Source: Methanotrichaceae archaeon (GTDB taxonomy: Archaea > Halobacteriota > Methanosarcinia > Methanotrichales > Methanotrichaceae). From it: a DNA stretch of 64,000 bases. The stretch spans positions 352,001 to 416,000 of the forward strand of contig CAWDLW010000015.1 of NCBI GenBank assembly GCA_963803145.1, written 5' to 3'. Numbering within the stretch: the stretch's first letter is position 1; each line of letters opens with the position of its first letter. The position numbers and the translations under genes were made by a program. Below the pieces are notes generated by a model. It was not told the origin of the DNA. It searched no databases and saw only the letters and a list, made by a program, of their open reading frames with translations. This document shows positions 30,136 to 41,176 of this stretch, in pieces.

Positions 30136-31356
30136 CTAAGCCTCGTTAATGGTGTGAGGCACAACCAGCCTGATACATAGCCCAGATAGGATGCAGAATA
30201 CGCCAAGATACGTGAATACAATGAGGAAGTTTCCTCCAGTTACATCCAATATATATCCGCTAAGCGATGGTCCGAGCAGCCCAGAAACAAAGCCATAGGC
30301 TGTGAATACCAGTCCGAATATGGCCCCAAAATGTTTGAAGCCGAAGCAGTCATAGACCAATGGAGCTGAGACGGTAAATAAAGTACCATGTGATAGCCCC
30401 ACAAAAGCTGCCAGTATAGAGCACACCATGAGATCGCTGCTATGAGGCAAGATAAGATAGGCGCCGCCTGCCGCAAAGAAAACAATGCTCATTGTCGTGT
30501 TTCGGCCAATAACGTCTGATAGGTATCCTGATATCAAGCGTCCTATGCCATTGGCAATATTGAACGCTATTAGAATGAAGACTGCAGATTCTAGAGTGAA
30601 CCCTCTTGATAGACCGTAGCTCGTCGAGAGCACAACCATGGAGATAGTCGCTGCACCCTGCATCGCCCAGGTGCTCCAGAGAAACCAGAAGCTGCGAGTT
30701 CGAGTGCTTTCCCGTAGCGTTAGAGACGCTTCAGGCTCTCTGATATCCATAGCCTTCGCCCCTGAAGACAGCCTTGTCGCTGCAGGTATGATATCTGGGG
30801 CCTTAACAATATAAACGGCTCCAAGACCGGTTATAAGCGATATGATCGCTATAGCTAGGTTCATTGTAAGATATCCGAGAGAATTCAGCATATACCCGAA
30901 TAATGGCGACATAATGGCAGCCGATAATCCAAAAGTAAGGTTCACTACGCCAGATACAAGGCCCCTTTTCTGTGGATACAGCCTCTGGACTATAGTCAAT
31001 GCCGGAGTATAGATAAAGCTGGATGAAGCGCCTATTATAAAAGCCCACGCATAGAGCCATACAATGCCGGATGCATAGCCGGCAATGATGGCGCTGAGGC
31101 TGCAAGTGAGAACGCCTATTGCAATCATTGCCTTGGTACCATAGCGCTCTTGCCAGTATCCTGCCAGAAACATGAAGATTCCTACAGCAGCAAGAACGAA
31201 GAATAGTATATTCCCTGTTTCTCCGCGGCCGATGTGAAACATGCCTTGCCATGTAGGCGCCATTACTCCTGGAAAGCCGAAGATCAGGGCACCAGGCCAG
31301 AAGATGGCAATTGAGCAGCCAATAATGATTAAAATGCTGTTCTTATCTTCCGACAT
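30136..31356 (-). CDS. MFS transporter, oxalate/formate antiporter-like
   Basis: About 12 TM helices; KRGLVSG, NGIGRLISGYLSDVIGR, FGFKHFGAIFG. Confidence 0.8.
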   Translation of the reverse strand: MSEDKNSILIIIGCSIAIFWPGALIFGFPGVMAPTWQGMFHIGRGETGNILFFVLAAVGIFMFLAGYWQERYGTKAMIAIGVLTCSLSAIIAGYASGIVWLYAWAFIIGASSSFIYTPALTIVQRLYPQKRGLVSGVVNLTFGLSAAIMSPLFGYMLNSLGYLTMNLAIAIISLITGLGAVYIVKAPDIIPAATRLSSGAKAMDIREPEASLTLRESTRTRSFWFLWSTWAMQGAATISMVVLSTSYGLSRGFTLESAVFILIAFNIANGIGRLISGYLSDVIGRNTTMSIVFFAAGGAYLILPHSSDLMVCSILAAFVGLSHGTLFTVSAPLVYDCFGFKHFGAIFGLVFTAYGFVSGLLGPSLSGYILDVTGGNFLIVFTYLGVFCILSGLCIRLVVPHTINEA

Positions 31357-31477
31357 TTATGTTGCCTTTCCATGTAATAAAGCCGATTGGATCTTCATCC
31401 CTCAGTCATAGCTAAGTATCAGATTTCTTGCCGATTAACCTCAATAGATATACTATTAAGCTTTGAATGAAAGAAGC

Positions 31478-32687
31478 GGTCGTGTATGCGCATAAAAGAA
31501 ATAGTATGAAATGCATAGTATAATGACATAATAGATGTCAGAAATTAATTTGGCCAATTATTGGTGTTGTTATGACGGTTGCTCAGATTATGGCAAGAGA
31601 GATTTAGGCAACATAGTGATAAAAGAACGTTATGGAAAGAATGATCGAGCAATGTTGAAATGCAGGATATGTGGTCATTGTTTCAGTGAGACTCGCGGGA
31701 CAATCTTTTTTGGGCTGAATACGCCTGATGATGAAGTTCTGAAGGCTCTATCCCAGCTTGTTGAGAAAGGCAGTATTCGTGGAGTTGCAAGAGCTACAGG
31801 CTACGATAAAAATACAATCTGTCGATGGCTTAAAAGGGCTGCAAAGCATTGTCAGGAGGTAAATGAGTACTTCCTGCACGATCTTCACCTTACCCAAGTG
31901 CAGATAGACGAAATATGGACATTCTGTAAAAAAACAAAAAAATGTCAGCACACATGATCCAGATGGCGTCGGTGATGTATATAGCCTGACAGCAACGAGT
32001 GCTGAATCACGATTGCTAATTTGCCATCACGAAGGTAGTCGAACTATAGAAGACGCTATAGCTCTATTTACAGAGCTAGAACAGAAAAGAGCGATGGGTT
32101 CTCCGCTTCCTGTATTCGTATCCGATGATTGGGACGCATTTGCCAACGCACTTCTCGAAGTCTACGGCATCAAGGAGATGCTAGAATACAAAGGTATTGG
32201 AAGAAAACCTAATCCGGTGCTGGTTCCACCTCCTGATCTAAAATATGCCCAAATTGTAAAAAATAAAGCCAATGACAAAGTAGTTGGCATGTCCCAGCGA
32301 GTCGTCTATGGAGATATTAAAGAAGTGATAGAACTGCTTTGTCAAATGTCAAAAGGACATATCCATACAGCCTATGCTGAGAGAATTAACCTCACATTCA
32401 GGAATCATCTTGCAAGGTTCATACGCAAAACCATGAACTTCAGCAAAGATAGGCAAATACATGCTGATGTAGTTGATTTTTTCCAGGCTTGGTATAATTT
32501 TGTCAAGCCACACGATTCGCTAAAACTAGAAATAAATCTTGATATGGAAGAGGTGGGATTCGATCCGAATCCGAAAAAATGGATATTTCAGACACCAGCT
32601 ATGTTTGAATTGATTACTGATCATATTTGGACTATGTGGGAGCTGATGACTTGGAGAGCACCGATTCAGTAGTTCTCATACACGACC
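31478..32687 (+). mobile_element. IS1-family element (insA 31535-31957, insB to 32672, probable -1 frameshift)
   Basis: TIR GGTCGTGTATG/CATACACGACC; 8-bp TSD AAAGAAGC; Zn finger plus HTH, QIDEIWTF, AERINLTFR. Confidence 0.9.
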
Positions 32688-33048
32688 AAAGAAGCAAGTC
32701 GAGGATAATCTAAGGCGCCTTAAGTTAAGCGTGAGAGATTGATTGCTCATAGACCGATTCTAGTGCCACTTCTATTTGAGTTGATCGCAGATCCTGGTAA
32801 CATCAGTTAATATTTATTAAATGGTCGGATAAATTTTCCAAAATTTGTGTCCCTGTACATTTTCGCACCTTTCACCTATACGAAAGAACCATATAGTATC
32901 TGTTTTAGGATTTATGTATCAAGCATGACTATGATGCTGCCATTAAGAGCAGTGATTTCACCCAAGGATATCTCAGGAATTTATATAACCCAAATGTTAA
33001 TATCTGGTAAAAGGCAAACGAGAAGAAGTTGCCTAAGGAGGCGGTTGA

Positions 33049-33567
33049 ATGAAGATAAAACTCATGACAATTATGCTTATGTTGTTCTGCCTTGCTGTCT
33101 CTGCGGTTGCATTATGCAGCGGCTCTGATAAGGTCCAGAGCGTAGGCGGCGACTTCGGAAGGGCATGGATAAGCAACTACCTTGCAGAGAACCCGAGACC
33201 AGCAGCTCCTAACAGCAATAATAGTAGTAGTAATACAACATCCAATAACAAAACAGCTGATTGGGGAGGGGAGCCTAAAGGCACACCTGGTATAAACAGC
33301 GATTTAGTGAAGCCTCAAAATAATCCTGCACCCGCTACGGATTGGCTTGGAAGCAGCACAATCACTGATAGTCAATCATCTACGGCGGATACATCTCAAA
33401 ATGGAGCTAAACAGACGTACTTTGCTAGCGGGACTTTGAGTCCAGTCCATAAGATGGATGCGAGCTTCGATCAGGCCGGAGGAATGCCGGAGCCTGATGC
33501 CAATGGGCTCATAAACGGATTGCCACCGGAATTATATGGAGCCGTTGGACCTGCCATCTATATCTAA
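33049..33567 (+). CDS. Secreted hypothetical protein
   Basis: Signal peptide, low-complexity N/S/T region, AGGAGG RBS. Confidence 0.65.
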   Translation: MKIKLMTIMLMLFCLAVSAVALCSGSDKVQSVGGDFGRAWISNYLAENPRPAAPNSNNSSSNTTSNNKTADWGGEPKGTPGINSDLVKPQNNPAPATDWLGSSTITDSQSSTADTSQNGAKQTYFASGTLSPVHKMDASFDQAGGMPEPDANGLINGLPPELYGAVGPAIYI

Positions 33568-33681
33568 AAACATTTTAGAAGCAAATCAACATGTTCCAGC
33601 CCTGCTACGGGCTTGAACGCAATGTATCCGGGATGATCGGATACAATTATCCATTTTTTATTTATAATCGTGATTTGATTA

Positions 33682-34764
33682 TAGTTAATCATTGAGCTTA
33701 TTGCCCTATAGATACATTTAATAATTAATGCGTGAAAATACATAGGCATGGGTAGAAAACCTATAATAATTAGGCATATATCAAAGATAGACCTTGATAA
33801 ATTATATAAAAAAGAGACTGATCTAAGGATTAAGGAACGGTTATTGGCAATAATACATTTATATGAAGGGAAAAACGTATATGAGGTAGCTGATATTTTA
33901 AAAAGGGGCGAGAGGACAATAAAATATTGGTTAAGCAGATGGAATAATCATGGCTATAATGGATTGACACCAAAGAATAGAAATGGCAAAAAGCCAAAGA
34001 TGTCTCTTGATGAATGGGATAGAGTTATTAAAGAAATTGAAGACAAAGGAATGACGATAAAAGACGTATTAAAATATGTAAGGGATACAAGAGGTATAGA
34101 TTTTTCATATAAATACGGCTGGCGAATTTTAAGAGTAGTGAAAAAAGTTAAGTATGGGAAACCATACATCAGAAATGAAAAGAGGCCTGCAGATGCAGAA
34201 AGTTTTTTAAAAAAGGATAAAATCAGTGCTGACCACTGTTACTGATCCTGTTATAGGATTTCTTGATGAAAGCTCTTTACAACAGCGCCCTAATACACGT
34301 AGAGTCTTAAACACTCATTTAATAAATTATAAACCTGGAAAGGTTAGATCAAGAACTATTTTTGGATTTATAGCATTAAATGGCAATGATGAGGTTATGG
34401 TTTCCAACTCCTCTAAGAAGGAAGCGTTGATGGCATTTGCTCAAAATATAAGAAATAATAATATTATGAGGCCAATTTGTATACTTTTAGATAATGCTAG
34501 AATTCATTTGGCCAAGAAATTTAGAAAACTAGCTGAGGAAATCGATATTCACTTAATTTATAATATCCCCTATTCACCAGATTTGAATCCTATAGAATTC
34601 GGTTGGAAGGATTTCAAAAGAGAGATCGCCAAATACACTGATTTCGATGAAGCTATTATAGCTAGCCAAGATTGCGCTTTAGAAATATTTTATTCCAAAA
34701 AGGATGGATATTCAAAGTCCTGGGTGGAGCGATTTCTTAGTGCAAAAAGCTAGGAGATTAACTA
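33682..34764 (+). mobile_element. IS630-family element, copy 2 (near-identical to 15038-16120)
   Basis: Same TIRs and TA duplication; ORFs identical except Q to H in orfA. Confidence 0.93.
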
Positions 34765-34818
34765 TAGTCAAGAAAAAAGATTCCGCCAACGTGATAAAAA
34801 TTTTTTATATAATTAGTC

Positions 34819-36135
34819 TTAGCGTGGTAGCGCTGTGACCTTGACCCAAGGAACGTACGCTACCCTATCGGCTGGCCCTCCATTTCGAAACCTCATATAA
34901 TGTTGCCCATTAAATCCAAATATGCGTAAGAACGTCATTTCCACGTACCATAAACCTAGCTCTTTCGCTTCGATTCGGGCATCAAATGATATTGCGCTTA
35001 ATTTAATACGATCTTCTCCTGTTTCATGAGTAATTCTATTTCGAATATATGTAAACATGTATGAACCCGATGGATATTTTTTAGCATCGGAATTAGTTTT
35101 CTGCAATTCGGTTAATGCTCTTTGCAGCTCTTTTAGCTCGCTGGGTATAGTTACAGGAATACCCATTGATGTTAGAAGATGCTCAATTTTCCTACTAGCA
35201 GGCCATTTATGGAACGCCTCTACTGTGCAAGGTTTAGAAGCGCCAGGTGCCTCCATGAGATATACCCAAGCAAGCAGTTCCAATGCAGCTTGTATTAAGA
35301 TAATTGATCCTTCTACTCCGCCTGAGCCAATATTTGCTTCGATGTACCAATGAATTGCAAGGCGTGTTGGTTCATTCCAATCCGGGTCAACCCATTTTTT
35401 CATGAAACCAATGAATGCCTCGTTAATCTTCTCGGGTTCAAAATCAAAGAACCAACTCCGAACGTCCTTCCATGGAGTTAATCTTGGTGCATCCCATACT
35501 TGCCAGCTAACCTTATCGCCATTTTGACCTATTGGAAGTATTGGACCACACCATAAGCCCCTCACAAAAGAGAGAAAATGATATAGTGCAATTAGCTTAT
35601 CAGATGCTTGATCCTTATCAAAATGTCCTTCATCAATTCGTTTTAACATCCCTATATGTGTTAGGCCAAATCCACCTTGATCGCTGAGGTATTTGGTTAA
35701 ATCGGTGATATTATCAATCGGGCTTAATATTATGTTCCATTCATCGTTCTTTAGATTTAAGCGAATACCAGGAATACTTTTAAAGTTAGGGATATGGAAC
35801 AGGACCTCATCGCATACTGATGTATTTATTATGGTCGGTCTCCCCAACAGTTGCCCACGAATAATATAGCCACAAGATACCAAATCCACATAAGCATCAC
35901 AAGATAACGGTAACTTAGCAATCTCCAGCTTAACTTTGCCTGTATCTCCAAATATTCGATCAAGCATTTCGAATCTAATGCATGTCGAGGGTAGCCAGTT
36001 TAACTTGATAGACGCATGACCTGTAAAAACATGTCCGGATTGTTCTAGCCGTATATCTCCATCATATAAGTTAATCAAAGCATTTGGTTCGGAAGTGGTG
36101 TATATGGTTTTCAAGGGTGGTTTATCATTTGCCAT
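34819..36135 (-). CDS. ApeA-like protein with C-terminal HEPN motif (putative defence RNase)
   Basis: LAIHWYIEAN...QAALELL helices followed by RNRITH (RxxxxH); GGGAGG RBS. Confidence 0.55.
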   Translation of the reverse strand: MANDKPPLKTIYTTSEPNALINLYDGDIRLEQSGHVFTGHASIKLNWLPSTCIRFEMLDRIFGDTGKVKLEIAKLPLSCDAYVDLVSCGYIIRGQLLGRPTIINTSVCDEVLFHIPNFKSIPGIRLNLKNDEWNIILSPIDNITDLTKYLSDQGGFGLTHIGMLKRIDEGHFDKDQASDKLIALYHFLSFVRGLWCGPILPIGQNGDKVSWQVWDAPRLTPWKDVRSWFFDFEPEKINEAFIGFMKKWVDPDWNEPTRLAIHWYIEANIGSGGVEGSIILIQAALELLAWVYLMEAPGASKPCTVEAFHKWPASRKIEHLLTSMGIPVTIPSELKELQRALTELQKTNSDAKKYPSGSYMFTYIRNRITHETGEDRIKLSAISFDARIEAKELGLWYVEMTFLRIFGFNGQHYMRFRNGGPADRVAYVPWVKVTALPR

Positions 36136-36178
36136 TTAATTCCTCCCTTGGGAAATCATCTTCAAGTATTAAACGCTG

Positions 36179-37373
36179 GGTCGTGTACGAGTCTCATTGA
36201 ACAGGAATCCTGAAGTCCAATAACTCTCGAATAGTCCAAATGTGATCTGTTAGCCCTTCAGCCATAGCAGGTGTTCTCTGCATCCATCTTTTATTTTCTT
36301 GATTTATCTCCAGCCGAAGAGATTTATGAGGTTTGACAAAATTATACCAAGCTTGGAAGAAGTCCAAAGCATTAGAATGTCTCTTCAGAATTTTGCTGCA
36401 ATTCATTGATTTGCGTACAAACCTTGCTAGGGAATTGCGAATCGTGAGATTAAGTCTCTCAATATAGGCAGTATTGATAGAACCGCCCGAATTTACACCA
36501 AGCAGCTCCATGACTTTCGCAGGATCGCCAAAAACTATGTCCTGAACCACTTCAATAACTCGTCCATTCTTCCTTTTCTTACAGACCCTGGCATACTTCA
36601 GGCTTGGGTAAGGAACCAATACAGGATACGGTTTTCTTCCTATTCCTGCATATTGCGGCGTTTCCAGGAAACCGTAGACACTGACCAATCCTTCCTCAAA
36701 TGGGTCCCAGTTGTCAGATGTGAATACTGGAATGGGAGAATCGATAGCTCGTCGTCTTTCCACATCCCTAAACAACTCGATTGCGTCCTCTGTGCTTCTT
36801 TCCCCCTCGAAATGGCTTATAAACAATCTGGTATCGGTTTTAATTGCAGTTAGGGTATAGACATCTCCGTAGTCTTCAGGATCGTCTTCGGTGATATTCA
36901 TTTGCTTTTTTTATATAAGACCAAATCTCATCTACCTGTATACGATCAAGATGAAGGTCCTGGAGAAAGTAATCCGTTACTTCCTCACAATGCTTACCGG
37001 CTAGATCAACCCATTTGCAGATAGTACTTCTATCATGACCACTGGATCTTGCTATCCCGCGAATACTCCCTTTCTCTGGAATCTCGGCCAGAGTCCTGAC
37101 AACCTCTTCCCATGGTGTGATCAATCCAAAAAACGGCGTTCCTCGTTTCTCACTAAAACAATGCCCACAGGTTCTGCATTTGAGAAGCGCGATGTTGTTC
37201 TTTCCCTAGAATTCCTTCAGAACTATATTCCCTGCATCTTTCTTTCCGTAATCTGGGCAAGCTTCATGCCAGCACCAGAACTTTGACAGATCCCTTTCAG
37301 ATCCCATTGCTACTCCCAAATTAGATTCTAGTGGAGTAGTATTAATATCTTTCAGTTAGTCTCGTACACGACC
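36179..37373 (-). mobile_element. IS1-family element; insA has an in-frame TAG (37206-37208); insB 36194-36901
   Basis: TIR GGTCGTGTACGAG/CTCGTACACGACC; 8-bp TSD AAACGCTG; homologous to 31478-32687. Confidence 0.9.
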
Positions 37374-37572
37374 AAACGCTGTATATATACTCCATTCCAC
37401 TGTGATGTTGGTACTTGAAGTGGCAATCCTAGGCTACATGCTTTCAATGGTATCGGTTACTTGGGTTCAACTGCAATGTCGCTCCTTGGCAATGTCTGTA
37501 TCGATACATATATAAATGTGTTAGAAATTAGACCTTTAAACAAAAGGATGGATGAATGCCTGGGTTGGGAGC

Positions 37573-38622
37573 ATGACGAGCCTAATTACAGCGGGTACGA
37601 ATAGTCTCCAAACGTTGCTTAATGCGCTTAGCGCACTGGAAACGATAGAGAATTTTAATTTCGACGAAATTTATTTATTTGATACCCCTGAAACTAGCTC
37701 AAAATCACAGGATATCCTAACGGGAATCCGGGCCACACCCAAACGCAGAAATCTACAGATAACATCTTTTGTGGTCAATGAAAATAATGCATATAAGCGC
37801 ATTCCAGAGTTTATGGCGAGACATGTTCTAAATGATACAAAGCGAATCCAAGAAGTGGTTGTCGATCTTACAACAGGTCCTAAATACATAACAAGTTTGC
37901 TTTACTCGGCAGCAAACTTTTGCCAAATTAGTAACATCTATTATTTCTTGCTAAAAGATAATGACAAGCGAAGTGTTCCATTTGATGCTCTTATCAAGCA
38001 CAAAGACTACGAACATCTCCAACTTCCTCCCTTTTCCGGCAAAAGCCTTATGGCGTTAAGTTGGCGTAGTTCTCTAGATCTGATCTACTATCTCAAGGAT
38101 ATTGAAGTGCTCATAGAGGGATTCCCACCTGAGTCGAAAGAGTTAGCAAAGTCCGTCGATCGAACGATGCGCTCTGCTGTTAGATATTACTTTAATGAAG
38201 AGTATAAAGAAGTGCTCAGTAGCATTGGTTTACTGCTCGAAGACTGGGTTGCACAGATATACGCAACTTGGGAAATCCAAGGCACACTTAAGGCACATAT
38301 GCCCACTGATCAAAAAACTGACAGTAGGAAACGGCCTAAAGGAAAATTGGGAGATATGAATTATGTTTTTGATGATTTACTTTATATAAAACAACCGGGC
38401 AAAACGGAAAGTTTCACTTCAGAGGAACTTCAAAGCTTTATTCCTTTAACGATGGTTGGAGATATGTTAAATATTGCTAGAAATTATCGTAATATAGTTG
38501 TTCACCCTCATTGCTACCAATATGATCGAAATGATGCTAAAATAGCCCTAGATATTGGTTTTGCTTGCGTGAATAGATGCATGCAAGCAGGTTTACTACC
38601 TAAAATCAGGCCGATTCCATGA
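37573..38622 (+). CDS. CARF-HEPN effector protein (Csm6/Csx1-like architecture)
   Basis: LITAGTN beta1, IYLFDT, VVVDLTTGPKYIT CARF motif; C-terminal RNIVVH HEPN motif; ATG 37573 after GGGAG. Confidence 0.72.
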   Translation: MTSLITAGTNSLQTLLNALSALETIENFNFDEIYLFDTPETSSKSQDILTGIRATPKRRNLQITSFVVNENNAYKRIPEFMARHVLNDTKRIQEVVVDLTTGPKYITSLLYSAANFCQISNIYYFLLKDNDKRSVPFDALIKHKDYEHLQLPPFSGKSLMALSWRSSLDLIYYLKDIEVLIEGFPPESKELAKSVDRTMRSAVRYYFNEEYKEVLSSIGLLLEDWVAQIYATWEIQGTLKAHMPTDQKTDSRKRPKGKLGDMNYVFDDLLYIKQPGKTESFTSEELQSFIPLTMVGDMLNIARNYRNIVVHPHCYQYDRNDAKIALDIGFACVNRCMQAGLLPKIRPIP

Positions 38623-39023
38623 CAATTTTTCTTGCACTCGACGGTGATAAAGTTGGCTCCAGGTTGGAAGCAATGATTGTGGCAGAAGATTTAGAACGAG
38701 TTGCTTCTTTCAGCCATTGTGTGGCCGAAGCAATAAAGAAAATGACTGAATTGATCGAGCAAAACCATGGCGTAATAATCTTTGCTGGTGGTGATAACTT
38801 AATGGCAGAATTTGATGATGCGAAGAACGCTAATTTAATAATAGATGAATTGGGTCGAGTATTACGAAACATTTTCTTTGAGGCTACTGGTTGTACTGCG
38901 TCAATTGGAATTGGCTATCGACCACGAGATACGTTCATTGCTCTTAAGCTAGCAAAAGGCTCTGATAAAACTAAATTAGTACACCTCAATAGTATATTAC
39001 ATTCAACTATCTGCTACTTATAA
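38619..39023 (+). CDS. mCpol (minimal CRISPR polymerase) nucleotide cyclase
   Basis: 134 aa; LALDGDKVG, IIFAGGDNL, TASIGIG...ALKLAK; ATGA overlap with CARF-HEPN gene. Confidence 0.8.
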   Translation: MTIFLALDGDKVGSRLEAMIVAEDLERVASFSHCVAEAIKKMTELIEQNHGVIIFAGGDNLMAEFDDAKNANLIIDELGRVLRNIFFEATGCTASIGIGYRPRDTFIALKLAKGSDKTKLVHLNSILHSTICYL

Positions 39024-39063
39024 ATGACACATCGTAAGCTATAAAGCATTACATAGCATTGTT

Positions 39064-39309
39064 ATGAACTGGCATGACCGCATTATTGCCGACCCAAAAG
39101 TTCTGGCCGGAAAACCTGTTATCAAGGGCACCCGACTAGCGGTTGAGTTCATCCTCGACCTACTTGCAGGAGGATAGTCGGACACTAAGCTCTTGCAGAA
39201 CTACCCAAGATTGACTCATGAAGATATTCAGGCATGCTTAAGTTACGCCGGCGCCCTGATAAAATCTTAAAAGGTCTTCCCGATCAAGATTTTACGGGAA
39301 GAACTCTGA
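39064..39309 (+). pseudogene. DUF433 antitoxin pseudogene followed by the first codons of a PIN toxin (MLLLAD)
   Basis: Paralog of 40707-40925 with TGG>TAG and GAA>TAA stops. Confidence 0.8.
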
Positions 39310-39474
39310 TGCTGCTGCTGGCGGATGTAACTTGCCTTTAAAAAGCAAATCATCCACGACTCTGTCAAAACTTATATAAAATATCCTAACTATTCATTTA
39401 TCTGAGATTCAATTGCTCAAGCCCTATTATGCAATATTGATATCCTAAGAGACCAATAATAATCTCAGATATTC

Positions 39475-40203
39475 ATGGCTGTATTTCTTCTCGTCCACGG
39501 CGCAATGCACGGAGGCTGGTGCTGGCGCAAGCTAGTTCGCGTTCTCCAAAAAGAGGGGCATGAGGTCTTCACACCTACTTTGACGGGCATGGGAGAGCGA
39601 TCGCACCTGCTCACCAGAGAGACGGGGCTGTACACTCATGTCGATGATCTGCTGGGAGTATTGAAGTTCGAGGATCTTTCTGATGTGATTGTTGTGGGCC
39701 ACAGCTACGCGGGCCTGGTTATCACACAGCTGGCTGAGGCGGCATTTGAACGAATGCAGCACTTGATCTATCTTGCAGCTTTTGTGGCCCGGGACGGTCA
39801 GTCGCTTTTCGATGTACAGACAAAAGCAACTCAGAAGTTTTATCTGGACTGGTCGAAACGGATGGGTGAGGGCTGGCGGCTCCCGCCTTCTGAGGCCTTT
39901 CTGGCCCGCTGGGGCGTGACCAACCCTGAGGACTTGGCCTGGGTGGCCCCGCGTCTGACCGATTTCCCCATGAAGTGCCTCTTTGATAAGCTGGACCTAA
40001 AAAGGCACGCATCAGACCGACTACCAAAGACATACATCCATTGCACGCAAGAGCCCATGGCATCAGCGCTGAAGCCTTTTGCCGAAAATGCCAAAGCAAA
40101 TGGCTGGGGATACGCTGAGATAGACTCCGGACATGATGTGATGGTCACAGAGCCCGAAAAGCTGGCGGAGCTTCTGTTGACAAAGGTTTTATCAGAAAAG
40201 TGA
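39475..40203 (+). CDS. Alpha/beta hydrolase (esterase)
   Basis: LVHGAMHGGW, GHSYAG nucleophile, GHDVM. Confidence 0.92.
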   Translation: MAVFLLVHGAMHGGWCWRKLVRVLQKEGHEVFTPTLTGMGERSHLLTRETGLYTHVDDLLGVLKFEDLSDVIVVGHSYAGLVITQLAEAAFERMQHLIYLAAFVARDGQSLFDVQTKATQKFYLDWSKRMGEGWRLPPSEAFLARWGVTNPEDLAWVAPRLTDFPMKCLFDKLDLKRHASDRLPKTYIHCTQEPMASALKPFAENAKANGWGYAEIDSGHDVMVTEPEKLAELLLTKVLSEK

Positions 40204-40249
40204 GGCCCGTTTCAGACGTCTGAGTTCCATATCAATTCGAAATCGATCT

Positions 40250-40342
40250 CGGAAACAGATTTATGCAGACTGGCCTTCTCAAATTAGCGATAAGAAAGGC
40301 AGGGCTCGATGATGACGAGTTCTTGAAGCTATTAAAGGGTGA
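40250..40342 (+). pseudogene. HicA toxin C-terminal remnant
   Basis: TGLLKLAIRKAGLDDDEFLKLLKG* immediately before hicB. Confidence 0.55.
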
Positions 40343-40348
40343 TTGATT

Positions 40349-40573
40349 GTGGATTATACGATTCTGATACATCAGGCGGAGGAAGGCGGCTTTTGGTCCG
40401 AGGTTCCGGCTCTTCCGGGCTGTTACTCTCAGGGTGAGACCATTGATGAGACACTGCGAAACACCAAAGAGGCTATAGAGGCATATCTGCAGGTTTTGAG
40501 AGAGGATCAGGTTTCAGCTCCTGTCGAGGAGAGCCTTTTCATAGGTAGGGTCAGAGTGGGAGCTCTTGAATGA
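40349..40573 (+). CDS. HicB-family antitoxin
   Basis: EEGGFWSEVPALPGCYSQGETIDE...EAIEAY. Confidence 0.88.
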   Translation: MDYTILIHQAEEGGFWSEVPALPGCYSQGETIDETLRNTKEAIEAYLQVLREDQVSAPVEESLFIGRVRVGALE

Positions 40574-40706
40574 TGATTTCCTTGGAATCTTGTCATTGTA
40601 CCTGTGGATAGATCAAGCCACGGACGGTGAAGCTTTCCCGGCATACATCATCCTTTTGGCGCCTTCAGCACATGCATCTTAAAACATAAAGCGTTATGGT
40701 ATTGTT

Positions 40707-40925
40707 ATGAACTGGCAAGAACGTATTATTGCTGACCCAAAGGTTCTGGCTGGAAAACCTGTTATCGATGGCACCCGCCTGGCGGTTGAGTTCATCCTTG
40801 ATCTACTGGCTGGAGGATGGTCGGAAGCCGAGATCTTGCAAAATTACCCCAGATTGACTCCTGAAGACCTCCGGGCATGCTTAAGTTACGCCAGTTCCCT
40901 GATAAAATCTGAAAAGGTCTTCTAG
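40707..40925 (+). CDS. DUF433 family antitoxin-like protein
   Basis: DPKVLAGKPVIDGTRLAVE...EILQNYPRLTPEDLRACL. Confidence 0.88.
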   Translation: MNWQERIIADPKVLAGKPVIDGTRLAVEFILDLLAGGWSEAEILQNYPRLTPEDLRACLSYASSLIKSEKVF

Positions 40926-41176
40926 CTTCAAGTGGTATTGTTCTCTTTCGCATTCTTTTATTATCGGTTGATTATGTTACTGGCATTATTATTGAAGTTA
41001 TAGACTCCAGATCTGATTGGGCAGGTCATTTTTCAGTTGTGGAATCGGGGGAGATTCGCACGAGGAAATTTTAGGGACTGGATCGTTTATGATGCCCTCA
41101 TTTGAATTGAAAATAATTACGGCTGAGGTATGCTGGGCATATACAGGGGTAATATTTTTATAGTGTAAAACCGCTT

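Noticed and set aside
38619-39023. Ordinary GGDEF diguanylate cyclase or Cas10 fragment
   Set aside because: Complete 134-aa ORF with DGD/GGDN pattern, no HD domain or cas neighbours, and coupled to CARF-HEPN; fits mCpol better
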